From positions 1-64,000 of the forward strand of contig CAZDTP010000008.1 of the NCBI GenBank assembly GCA_964508365.1: a stretch of DNA of 64,000 nt, written 5' to 3'. Made by a program: the position numbers and the translations under genes. Under the pieces are notes generated by a model. The model ran no database searches. It was not told the origin of the DNA and worked only from the letters and a program-made list of their open reading frames with translations. Positions 1 through 8,910 of this stretch are shown here, one piece after another (within the stretch, counting starts at the first letter, position 1; each line of letters opens with the position of its first letter). The stretch comes from an uncultured archaeon (GTDB lineage Archaea; Asgardarchaeota; Lokiarchaeia; Sigyniarchaeales; SOKP01).

Positions 1-83
1 CGATTCAGCAATTAAAGAAGCGTATATTAGTATATCACATTAAAAGAAAATAAAATTTAAAAAAAGATTTATACATTATTTTT

Positions 84-866
84 CTAATTTGCTAATTTTA
101 CTCCACATTCCCCACAATAGCTAGCTCCTTCTGATACTCTAGCTCCACACATAGGACAAAATTCAATAACCCTTACAGGTTGTTGTTTTTGAATAGGTGG
201 AGTGATTGGTTGAAAATCTTGAGTTGCAGGAGCGATTGGTTCAATTTTCATTCCCCTTTCAGCAGCATTACTTAAACCAAAATATCCTATTAGTTGGAGT
301 ATCCATCCTATTATAATAGTTACTATTAAAAAACCAAGTGCCCAGGATAAAGCTCCCGATCGTAAGTTCTCTACCTTAGTAGTAGTTTCATATTTGATTC
401 TTTCTGGGAACATTTCTTTATTATGGTGTATAAAAAGTTTTAAATTATCCCAAGCTCCTACTTCAATAATACTAGCAATAATCATAATTACAAATCCAAT
501 AATAAATATTATGGCCGCAGGTGAGAATATCCATCCATAAAAAGATCCTAAATAAAAAGGAGAGAATATAGGACCGATTATTAGGCGAATAGCTAACAAT
601 AATGCTCCAACATGAACTGTCATTGAGCCAATTAATTTAAAAATACTTGCTGTTAAATATCTTGAACGAAAACTATTAAGATATGGGTCCTTCAGTTCGT
701 GATTTATGTAGTTAATATTACTTAGGGCGACCATTGTCAAAATAAATTGAATAGGAATTATAATGAATGCTAAATACGGAATCATTACAAAAATTAATAG
801 AACTCCTATACTTCGAAGACTTTTAGTGAAACTAAGCCACTTCATTTCTAAGTTAGAAATTGTCAT
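84..866 (-). CDS. Multi-pass membrane protein with C-terminal zinc ribbon
   Basis: About 5 hydrophobic segments, a Pro/Gln linker, and C-terminal CPMCG-x10-CGECG. Confidence 0.75.
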   Translation of the reverse strand: MTISNLEMKWLSFTKSLRSIGVLLIFVMIPYLAFIIIPIQFILTMVALSNINYINHELKDPYLNSFRSRYLTASIFKLIGSMTVHVGALLLAIRLIIGPIFSPFYLGSFYGWIFSPAAIIFIIGFVIMIIASIIEVGAWDNLKLFIHHNKEMFPERIKYETTTKVENLRSGALSWALGFLIVTIIIGWILQLIGYFGLSNAAERGMKIEPIAPATQDFQPITPPIQKQQPVRVIEFCPMCGARVSEGASYCGECGVKLAN

Positions 867-1107
867 TTATACATTCACCTATATTTATGTTAATCTTTTT
901 TCCTTATTATATATATTTTTAGGAGTCCAATTTTCAAAATAAAACTATAATAAGAAACTCTAAAATTCTATAAAATTACTTGCTCACTAAATCAATAAGT
1001 TAAGAGAATACAATTAAATAAAATTAAAATATCTTAAATTCTAAATACAATTATATTTTCAAAAATATTTAATAAAAAAAATATTTGTAACAGTCTAGGC
1101 GAACAAA

Positions 1108-2043
1108 ATGGCAGAAATTTTATTTACATTAATATTTCCCTTGGTATTACTTTTAATTTTAATAATTATTTTCTTTAGCGGTATCTTTAAGGAGAAACCA
1201 AAACGAGAATTTATGAGTTGCGATGATTTCATAAAAGATTGGCTTAAAGATCACGGACAAGGTCATAAAGTAGACGAGCAATTTGCAAAAATGAAAAAGG
1301 ATCCATCGGGAAAACTTTATATGCCGATCACATATGGAGGAGCAAAAATCTTTATTAAATTGGGTTTAACTCCAAATCATGTATCATTAATGGGACTAAT
1401 TTTATCATTTTTTATTTTTTGGGGAGTGATAATGGCTAGTGCGGGTCATACACTAGATTTCATTACTCAACAACCATTATATGGATCTTGGTTTTTTGCT
1501 TTAGCATTACTTGTACTCTATACAGGTATTAGTGATGGGATTGATGGAGCAATAGCGAGATTATTAGATATTAAATCAAAAACCGGCGCTTGGTTAGATA
1601 ATATAATAGATCGAGTAAGTGATATTTTAACACTAGTTTGCTTTGTTCCGACTAGTTTGTTGGTTTATCCTTCTTATGGACTTGATTTTACATGGATGGT
1701 TTGGACAAATATATTCCTGATTTTTATTTATGAGTATATGAGAGCAAGACATGAAGGTTTGGGTTTACATGAAACAAAACCTTTCATTGGTGAGAGAATA
1801 ACACGAGTATTAGTTAGTACTACATTTTTTATAATTTATGGTGCTTCAAGTCTCACAGTATTACTAACTAATTTAGTTAATCCTTCTGCTACAATCTGGA
1901 ATAGTTCTCACATGTGGGTACTAACATGGAGTATGCTCATTTATCAAATTAGTATATTAGTTATTATGGTGCTTTCAATGATTCTCTCTGCTAAATATAT
2001 CTGGAAAAATCTAAAGAAAATCGAAAATATTAGTATAGAGTAA
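1108..2043 (+). CDS. CDP-alcohol phosphatidyltransferase family protein
   Basis: Signature DGIDGAIAR-x8-GAWLDNIIDRVSD (DxxDGxxAR...GxxxDxxxD) with multiple TM helices. Confidence 0.9.
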   Translation: MAEILFTLIFPLVLLLILIIIFFSGIFKEKPKREFMSCDDFIKDWLKDHGQGHKVDEQFAKMKKDPSGKLYMPITYGGAKIFIKLGLTPNHVSLMGLILSFFIFWGVIMASAGHTLDFITQQPLYGSWFFALALLVLYTGISDGIDGAIARLLDIKSKTGAWLDNIIDRVSDILTLVCFVPTSLLVYPSYGLDFTWMVWTNIFLIFIYEYMRARHEGLGLHETKPFIGERITRVLVSTTFFIIYGASSLTVLLTNLVNPSATIWNSSHMWVLTWSMLIYQISILVIMVLSMILSAKYIWKNLKKIENISIE

Positions 2044-2061
2044 AAAATTGTTAAAAGGTAT

Positions 2062-3423
2062 TTGAAAAAGATGAAACTTTATAGATATTTATTATACGGT
2101 TCTGTTTGGTTAGTATTTTTTGTTTTAATATATATATATTTTCCACCTTTTTGGACTTCTGGGATAAAAGCAGCATTTGACGCATTTTTAAATGCTCCTT
2201 TAACTTATTGGTGGTTTATATTTCCACTAATTGGGTTAATTATGTTGTTAGGATTTGTTCTTTATTATGGAATACATTTCACCGCATCATTTGGGAGTGG
2301 TTATAAACCAAAAACATTACATTATGAAAAAGTTAGTATACTAATTGCTTCTAAAAATGAAAAAGTGTTACTAGAAAGAACATTAGATTCCATAGTTAAT
2401 TCAGATTACCCTAAAGAAAAGATCCAAATAATAATTATAACTAGTGGCTCTTCAGATGATACTACAGAATATTCAAATAATTTTTCTAGAGAACATAGTG
2501 AAATTGATATAGAAGTGTTATCGAAGAATTTACCTAAAAAAGGAAAACCTCCAGCGCTCAATTATGGTTTAGAATACGTAAAAAATGATATTGTAATTCT
2601 TTATGATTCAGGGTGCATTTTACAACCTGATACGCTTAAAAATTTGATATCTCCTTTTCATCGAGAAAATACTGACGCAGTTATTGGTCCTGTTCTAGTT
2701 AAAAACTGGAAAGATAATAAACTCACTAAGGGAATTTTTTTAGATTATGGTATGGTCTCTGGTGGTGGTTTACTATTTGAAGTTAAAAATAGACTAGGAT
2801 CTTCTGCCTATTCATTTGGACGGAATTTCGCAGTTAGAACAAAATATCTTCGGAAATATGGAGGTTTTAACGAAGATTCAATGACGGAAGATCTTTATCT
2901 CTCTGTACTTTTAAATTTAGATGGCGTACTAATTCGATTTTCGCCTAAAGCTAAGATTTATGAATATGTCCCAAATAGTTGGGAGATTTTGGTAAAACAA
3001 CGTACTCGTTGGCTTGCTGGATTTATATTTGATATGCCTCAGTTAATGACGATGAAGAGCGAATATAAAGATGGTAAAAAACTAATAATAGCAAGAAATA
3101 TGACAATGATGGTTTTAGCAAATATGGATACATGGATTCCAATAGAAATCGGATTTGCAATATTTCAATTTTTGATTGGAGAATATTACTTACTCATTTG
3201 GACTCTGTCTTGTTTATTTTTTCAATTTGGCTTCATATTTAATGCTATAAGAAAATATTGCGATAAGCATTACAGCCTTATTTTCTTTTTCCCAATAAGT
3301 GGTATTATTCATCTTTATATGTTTTTACGACAATTTAAATTACCCAAAGAAATCAGTTGGGAAAAAACACCAATGCTATTAGAACGCGAAGAAGCGGAAA
3401 TATTAGCTTTATCTAATATGTAA
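2062..3423 (+). CDS. GT2 glycosyltransferase, cellulose-synthase-like membrane type
   Basis: GKPPALN, YDS, TEDL and QRTRW (QxxRW) motifs; N- and C-terminal TM helices; alternative ATG at 2071. Confidence 0.9.
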   Translation: MKKMKLYRYLLYGSVWLVFFVLIYIYFPPFWTSGIKAAFDAFLNAPLTYWWFIFPLIGLIMLLGFVLYYGIHFTASFGSGYKPKTLHYEKVSILIASKNEKVLLERTLDSIVNSDYPKEKIQIIIITSGSSDDTTEYSNNFSREHSEIDIEVLSKNLPKKGKPPALNYGLEYVKNDIVILYDSGCILQPDTLKNLISPFHRENTDAVIGPVLVKNWKDNKLTKGIFLDYGMVSGGGLLFEVKNRLGSSAYSFGRNFAVRTKYLRKYGGFNEDSMTEDLYLSVLLNLDGVLIRFSPKAKIYEYVPNSWEILVKQRTRWLAGFIFDMPQLMTMKSEYKDGKKLIIARNMTMMVLANMDTWIPIEIGFAIFQFLIGEYYLLIWTLSCLFFQFGFIFNAIRKYCDKHYSLIFFFPISGIIHLYMFLRQFKLPKEISWEKTPMLLEREEAEILALSNM

Positions 3424-3520
3424 TAATTCTTATATTCCTTCTTTATTTTATATTTATATACCAATCAAAGTTATTTGAATTAGGATTATAGATTATTATA
3501 TTTTTTAAGAGGTATCCATA

Positions 3521-4822
3521 TTGTTACTTAAATTTCATGATCTCTTACCGGAAGAATTAAAAACAAAGTATTTTGACTTTAAGTTCCGTGATTACCCGGA
3601 CGATGAATTTTGTAAAGAATTGTTAAAACAAACGATCTTATCCTATAATAATTGTAAGTATTATAAGGATAAAATTTGCAACAAATTCGATTTTACAATT
3701 CCTGATGAAATATCGATTGATAATTTAGAAACAATCCCTTATGTTCCCACAGACATTTATAAAAAATCAGGAAATCGAACCCTAAGTCTATCCAAAGTAC
3801 CTCTTGAGAATATAGCACTCTTTTCGTGTTCATCTTCTACTACAGGAGATCCTTCGATAGTTCCCAGAACAGTAGAAGATTATGATCAATTGCAGTATAA
3901 TTCAATTAAGGTTTTTACAGAATTTTTTGGATGGGAAAAATTAAATATAGAATCTAAAAGATGTGTTGCTTTTAATTTTTCGCCAGATCGTTTATTCATG
4001 TCAATAATGGCAAAAAGAAGTGTTAAAGGATTTGAATATGTTGACAAAACTCGGTACTATACAGCATGCATGAATAAACCTTGGGAATTTTATGGATATG
4101 AGGAATATTTGGTAAAAATGAAAATTTTAAAAACAATATGGGCAATTATATCAACTTTTTCACTGAGAGGGGGCTTCATTTTGGATGTTACTAAAATGTT
4201 GAAAATGATAAAAAAAATTAAAGAAACGGGACATTGGAAAAATACCGAGGTAAGTAAAATTTTATTAGGTGGAAGTCCACTCTTAATGAACAACATGTTT
4301 GAGAAGAGATTGTTAAAAGAAAATGTGTTTATTGATCTTGATGGAATATCTCTTGTCGGTTGTGGTGGTGGTGGATGGGATGGTGTTAAAGGCGAAGCAA
4401 AGATGGATGAGGTAAATAAAAGTAGATTCATTGAATATTATGAAAAAGTGTTTAACATTAAACCAAAGGATATTAGGGATATTTATGCATTTACAGAGTG
4501 TCCTACACTTTTTGGAGGTCATTGGTCTGAGAAATATCAAGATTTTTTACTACACTGCCCTGATACTACTCGAATAATTATAAGGGATCTTGAAAATTTA
4601 GAACCCGTTAGTATTGGAGAAGAAGGACTTTTGGAAGTTCTTACACCTTATGGCGTTAATGGTAGTATAAATCAAGCAGTCTTAGTTGATGACATTGTAG
4701 AATTAATCTCAAAAAATAAGTGTCCAGAGTGTGGTTATAAAGGAGCTACCTTTCGAATAATAGGGAGATTAAAAAATGCCCAAGGAAAAAGCTGTTCTTC
4801 TTTAATTAACTGGATCTATTAG
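3521..4822 (+). CDS. LuxE-like acyl-protein synthetase / ANL-fold adenylating enzyme
   Basis: P-loop-like SSSTTGDPS, DIYAFTE, GLLEVLTP, and C-terminal FRIIGRLKNAQGKSCS resembling the LuxE GR..A..KGC acyl-Cys tail; RBS GAGGT before the TTG start. Confidence 0.7.
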   Translation: MLLKFHDLLPEELKTKYFDFKFRDYPDDEFCKELLKQTILSYNNCKYYKDKICNKFDFTIPDEISIDNLETIPYVPTDIYKKSGNRTLSLSKVPLENIALFSCSSSTTGDPSIVPRTVEDYDQLQYNSIKVFTEFFGWEKLNIESKRCVAFNFSPDRLFMSIMAKRSVKGFEYVDKTRYYTACMNKPWEFYGYEEYLVKMKILKTIWAIISTFSLRGGFILDVTKMLKMIKKIKETGHWKNTEVSKILLGGSPLLMNNMFEKRLLKENVFIDLDGISLVGCGGGGWDGVKGEAKMDEVNKSRFIEYYEKVFNIKPKDIRDIYAFTECPTLFGGHWSEKYQDFLLHCPDTTRIIIRDLENLEPVSIGEEGLLEVLTPYGVNGSINQAVLVDDIVELISKNKCPECGYKGATFRIIGRLKNAQGKSCSSLINWIY

Positions 4823-4900
4823 ATCATTTATTATTCGTTCAAATCGCTCTAGATTAGAACTAATTTTAATTATAAAGAAAAGAAATAATTAAATTCATAA

Positions 4901-5467
4901 TCAATAGGGTATTATAGACATCATAAGTATAGGAATTACTAGAAATATTATAGGAATTACTACCATAGGTATAATATTCATGACAATTCCAAACACCGCA
5001 AACACACTTCCAACCTTCTCAAGAGTATTTATCGGTTCAAATTTTCCAGCTTTACTACTATGTGTTCTGGAAAGTATTCCAAATACTAAGCCAGCAATAT
5101 GAAGAATTATAACGATAATCAACCCTACCAGTCCACCTATCAGTCCACCAGGATAATAAGGATAATACATTGATGGTATATAAAATCTGAATAAATTAAG
5201 ACCCCCAGAACTTAAACCGACACCTGTTAAAGTAAGCGATACAATAGAGAAGGCAAAGCACCTTTTTGAATGAAGTCCTGGCCCTCCTACTTTAATTGAT
5301 TTTGACTCGTAAACGGGAACTGATCTAACTGTTGATGACACTTGATTTTCTTCAGCTCTTACTTGAGGAGCTTCAGGAGGAGGAGTGGATAGGATAACAC
5401 TTCCACAGCTTGCACAAAACTTTTGGTCTTGGGATTCTAACTTTTCCCCACAATTTGGACAAAACAT
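4901..5467 (-). CDS. Zinc-ribbon + 3-TM membrane protein, tandem copy 1
   Basis: MFCPNCGEKL..FCASCG, PPPEAPQVRAE linker, GGPG..SK, FGILSR; ATG at 5467 after GTGAG is preferred over the track TTG at 5482. Confidence 0.8.
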   Translation of the reverse strand: MFCPNCGEKLESQDQKFCASCGSVILSTPPPEAPQVRAEENQVSSTVRSVPVYESKSIKVGGPGLHSKRCFAFSIVSLTLTGVGLSSGGLNLFRFYIPSMYYPYYPGGLIGGLVGLIIVIILHIAGLVFGILSRTHSSKAGKFEPINTLEKVGSVFAVFGIVMNIIPMVVIPIIFLVIPILMMSIIPY

Positions 5468-5575
5468 AATCTCACTTTCCAATTTTTATTAATTTAATTA
5501 CGTTTGATTGTGTTATTAATTGATTGGGTCTATTAAATCTTTTATTATTCATTCAAATATTTCCAGATTAGAAAT

Positions 5576-6133
5576 TCAGATAAATGGATAATAAAGAGGC
5601 ATAGAAGCTACTACAATACTAATAGGAATTAATACAAGAGGTATAACATTCTGGACAATTCCTATCACCCCGAGCACGCTTCCAACCCTCTTAAGAGTAT
5701 TTTGCATTTCACGTTTTCCAGCCTTACTACTGAATACCCTAGAAAGGATCGCAAATATTAAGCCAATAGAATAAAGAACCAAAGCTATAATCCGCAACCC
5801 AGGTCCTCCAGGAATTCTAGGAAACACATATATTGGTATAACATCTCTGAGAACTTTAAGAAACTCAAAAACAAAACCGATAACTGCTAAAACTATCGAT
5901 AACAAAGCGAAAGTAAAGACCATTTTTGAATAAAATCCTGGTCCTCCTACTTTAATTGGTTTTGATTCGGAAACGGGAACTGAACTAACTGTTGATGATG
6001 TTGATACTTGATTTTCTTTAGCTCTTACTTGAGGCGCTTCAAGAGGAGGAGTGGATTGGATTTCACTTCCACAGCTTGCACAAAAACAATGGTCTTGAGA
6101 TTTTAACTTTTCCCCACAATTCGGACAAAACAT
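5576..6133 (-). CDS. Zinc-ribbon + 3-TM membrane protein, tandem copy 2
   Basis: Same architecture and near-identical N-terminus as copies 1 and 3. Confidence 0.8.
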   Translation of the reverse strand: MFCPNCGEKLKSQDHCFCASCGSEIQSTPPLEAPQVRAKENQVSTSSTVSSVPVSESKPIKVGGPGFYSKMVFTFALLSIVLAVIGFVFEFLKVLRDVIPIYVFPRIPGGPGLRIIALVLYSIGLIFAILSRVFSSKAGKREMQNTLKRVGSVLGVIGIVQNVIPLVLIPISIVVASMPLYYPFI

Positions 6134-6274
6134 AATCTCACTTTCAGATTTTTATTAATCTATAATGATCGGATCTTTAATAATTGGATTTATTAAATCT
6201 TTTATTATTCCTTCAAATCGCTCTAGGTTAGAACTAATTTTAATTATAAAGAAAAGAAATAAGAAATTTCATAA

Positions 6275-6838
6275 TCAATAGATTATAGGAACTATTATTA
6301 TTAGAGAAATTAGCATAATTATCAATATTATAGAAACTACTACAAGAGGTATACTATTAATGACAATTCCAAATATCGCAAACACACTTCCAAGCTTCTC
6401 AAGAGTATTTATCGGTTCCGATATTCTAGCTTTACTACTATTTGTTCTAGAAAGTATCCCAAATATTAAGCCCGTAATATTAAGAATTACAGCTATAATT
6501 AACCCTATCACTCTAAAAGAATAATAAGGATAATAATAAGAATATGGAAATAAAATTCCCCTAAAAATACTAGCCCCAAAAGCATAACCGACACATGCTA
6601 AAGCAAGCGATACAATAGCGAAGGCAAAGGACTTTTTTGAATGAGATCCTGGCCCTCCTACTTTAACTGGTTTTGATGGGTAAACGGGAACTGATATAAC
6701 TGGTGAAGACACTTGCTTTTCTTCAGCTCTTACTTGAGGAGCTTCAGGAGGAGGAGTGGAGTGGATTTCACTTCCACAACTTGCACAAAAACTTTGGTCT
6801 TGGGATTTTAACTTTTCCCCACAATTTGGACAAAACAT
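6275..6838 (-). CDS. Zinc-ribbon + 3-TM membrane protein, tandem copy 3
   Basis: Same architecture and near-identical N-terminus as copies 1 and 2. Confidence 0.8.
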   Translation of the reverse strand: MFCPNCGEKLKSQDQSFCASCGSEIHSTPPPEAPQVRAEEKQVSSPVISVPVYPSKPVKVGGPGSHSKKSFAFAIVSLALACVGYAFGASIFRGILFPYSYYYPYYSFRVIGLIIAVILNITGLIFGILSRTNSSKARISEPINTLEKLGSVFAIFGIVINSIPLVVVSIILIIMLISLIIIVPIIY

Positions 6839-7033
6839 AATCTCACTTTAGAATTTCGTTTAATAATAATTGTGATTTCATTACTATTTAATAATATTAA
6901 TATGTCAAATTTAATATATTCGATCAAAATTTCTATTTGTCATGATATAGTTAGGAGATGAGGTTGTATTAAAATCTGCTATTTTTTATAAATGTTTTAT
7001 AGATACTTTAGGTTAAAAAAAATTAAAAAAAAA

Positions 7034-8440
7034 TTATTCATCCAAAAGTCCATGTTTTTTCAGCCCTTCCTTCATATCAGCTTGAAATGCACCAGGGGTC
7101 CCTTCTAGGAACGCGTTAGTTATATCTTGATTTTCAACTATTAGCGAAGCTCTTTTATTAGCTTTCTCTTCTGCAAGTGAAGAAATTGCCATTTTTGCCA
7201 TCTGCTGAAACTGAGGAGGGGACAATTGTATGAGATCATCAAAAATTCTCTCTGTTTCGTGATTCCATTCTAAACCGGATTTACTTATTTCCTTTGGTTT
7301 AGCTGATTCGAGCCCAAATTCGCGACTGGTCACAATATCATCCATATATTGTTTTAATGATTCTACATATCTGCGAGATTCTTCTTTGTCTAACACTATT
7401 GCTTTTTTTGCCCACTCTTCACAATAGTTACACTCATTACACATCGCTAAGCAATTCTGTTTTTTAAAAAAGTCTATAAATCCATCCAATTTGGTGTTAT
7501 CAATTATCAATTTTGATTTAGATTCTTTTCCAATTGTTTTAGTTAATTTCACATTGGGGTCTTTTTGTTCTAACCCCCCAAAGGACATTGAGAACCCTTG
7601 AATTATGTCTATAAGATTTCCGTCATATTTTCGTGAAGAAAAAGCTTTTACAGATCTAGTAATCCATTGTGTTGACATGCGACGTCCAGCTATTTTAAAA
7701 TTATCTATTCCAATCGCTTCATAGTGAGCTAAATCTTCAGGCCGAATCCATCTTGCTTTGATAACTTCTGTTGGATCTGAGAATTTGATAATGCTACAGT
7801 TTAAGATACATGTATCAATATAGTTACGCTCAAATTGTTGGTATGTTTGTGAAGCATGCCCTAAAGTATTATAGTGATAATTTCTAAAGGGACATTGGTA
7901 TAGACACCCATCAGTTAAAAGTAAAATAATTTTACATTTCACAGCTTTTTGAATTTGTTCCAATGTCTTGAAATCACGGTTTATCATTACCCCAAGAGTA
8001 ATTTCATCTGCCCCTAGCTTTTCATAAAACTTAGCTCGAGTAACACTATTCACATCAGCAATGGTAGAGACACGAATTTTTAGTTTTGGAAATTGTTCTT
8101 TAATAAGCTGTATTAAAAATGGAATGGTTACTGTAACACTATCAGCTCCAATATCACTAATCCACTGTAAATATTTAAGAAGTTCTTTATGGTAATGTGG
8201 ATCATATTCCAAATTATTCATACACGGAGCATTTAATAAATATGAAAACTCCATGCCTTTTTGATGTAGTTTTTGTATGTAATCAGCAATAAAATCTTCA
8301 GTTACTTTCTGTAGTAAAAACGAGGGACGCCCCCCACCTACAATTGAGTGGTCCGAAACTCCGTACACTCCAGTTACAGGATATTGAGCCAATTCCTCTA
8401 TGAGCTTTAAATCCCAATTTGTAGCTACGTGAAGTTTTAT
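7034..8440 (-). CDS. Peptidase U32 family Fe-S protein (UbiU/UbiV/TrhP/RlhA superfamily) with C-terminal ~80-aa helical module
   Basis: IVGGGR, YLLNAPC, GCLYQCPFR, WIRPED, FKIAGR and CLAMCNECNYC motifs; the frame opens at ATA 8440 (IKLHVATNWD) directly after RBS GGTGAG and an in-frame TAA. Confidence 0.85.
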   Translation of the reverse strand: MKLHVATNWDLKLIEELAQYPVTGVYGVSDHSIVGGGRPSFLLQKVTEDFIADYIQKLHQKGMEFSYLLNAPCMNNLEYDPHYHKELLKYLQWISDIGADSVTVTIPFLIQLIKEQFPKLKIRVSTIADVNSVTRAKFYEKLGADEITLGVMINRDFKTLEQIQKAVKCKIILLLTDGCLYQCPFRNYHYNTLGHASQTYQQFERNYIDTCILNCSIIKFSDPTEVIKARWIRPEDLAHYEAIGIDNFKIAGRRMSTQWITRSVKAFSSRKYDGNLIDIIQGFSMSFGGLEQKDPNVKLTKTIGKESKSKLIIDNTKLDGFIDFFKKQNCLAMCNECNYCEEWAKKAIVLDKEESRRYVESLKQYMDDIVTSREFGLESAKPKEISKSGLEWNHETERIFDDLIQLSPPQFQQMAKMAISSLAEEKANKRASLIVENQDITNAFLEGTPGAFQADMKEGLKKHGLLDE

Positions 8441-8457
8441 TTATCTCACCTTACTTA

Positions 8458-8847
8458 TTATTTTTGGATAGCTATATCATGAGCTTTGGCATTTAGTGGC
8501 AATAATGGTGCACATGCCATTAATTTGGAAGGATCACCGTCAACTTCATATTTTCCAGCCATTGTCGCTTCAATAGGATTAGTTTCTCCTGAATTTACCC
8601 TTTTAATTACATCGAAATTCGTTTTATGAATAATTTTTGGTACATCAGGTCCACTATATTCGCCCATTCCCCAACTCATTTTATCATCTTCGATTAATTG
8701 CCAATAATTCATCTCTGGACGATCATTGATTTTATATTGAAAAACTACTGGTGCGATGGGTTTCAATAGAGTTGATAAATCGGGTAATTCGTTATAGGCT
8801 TTCATGAAGCTATTAAGATATGCTTCCCACTCTTCCTTTGTGTCCAT
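8458..8847 (-). CDS. SCP2 sterol-binding-domain-like lipid carrier protein
   Basis: 129 aa with NPIEATMAGKYEVDGDPSKLM, matching the SCP2 pattern P..A.M.GK..V.GD...LM; RBS AAGGAGGT. Confidence 0.7.
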   Translation of the reverse strand: MDTKEEWEAYLNSFMKAYNELPDLSTLLKPIAPVVFQYKINDRPEMNYWQLIEDDKMSWGMGEYSGPDVPKIIHKTNFDVIKRVNSGETNPIEATMAGKYEVDGDPSKLMACAPLLPLNAKAHDIAIQK

Positions 8848-8910
8848 TTTAAGTTTTACCTCCTTATTATTTTGTTATATTATTTTTTACATTATACATG
8901 TTAGAAAAAA

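Larger units (their letters stand above)
4839..6281. repeat. Duplicated non-coding flank of the zinc-ribbon tandem array (4839-4907 vs 6212-6281; diverged third copy near 5531-5580)
   Basis: ttcaaatcgctctag(a/g)ttagaactaattttaattataaagaaaagaaataa..tcataatcaatag occurs downstream of copies 1 and 3; tattaaatcttttattattc is shared by both spacers. Confidence 0.9.

Noticed and set aside
4090-4540. Track ORFs 4090-4431 and 4313-4540 (-)
   Set aside because: Antisense shadows within the LuxE-like gene; no motifs
3521-4822. Bioluminescence (lux) operon
   Set aside because: Only a LuxE-like gene is present; no luxA/B/C/D in the window
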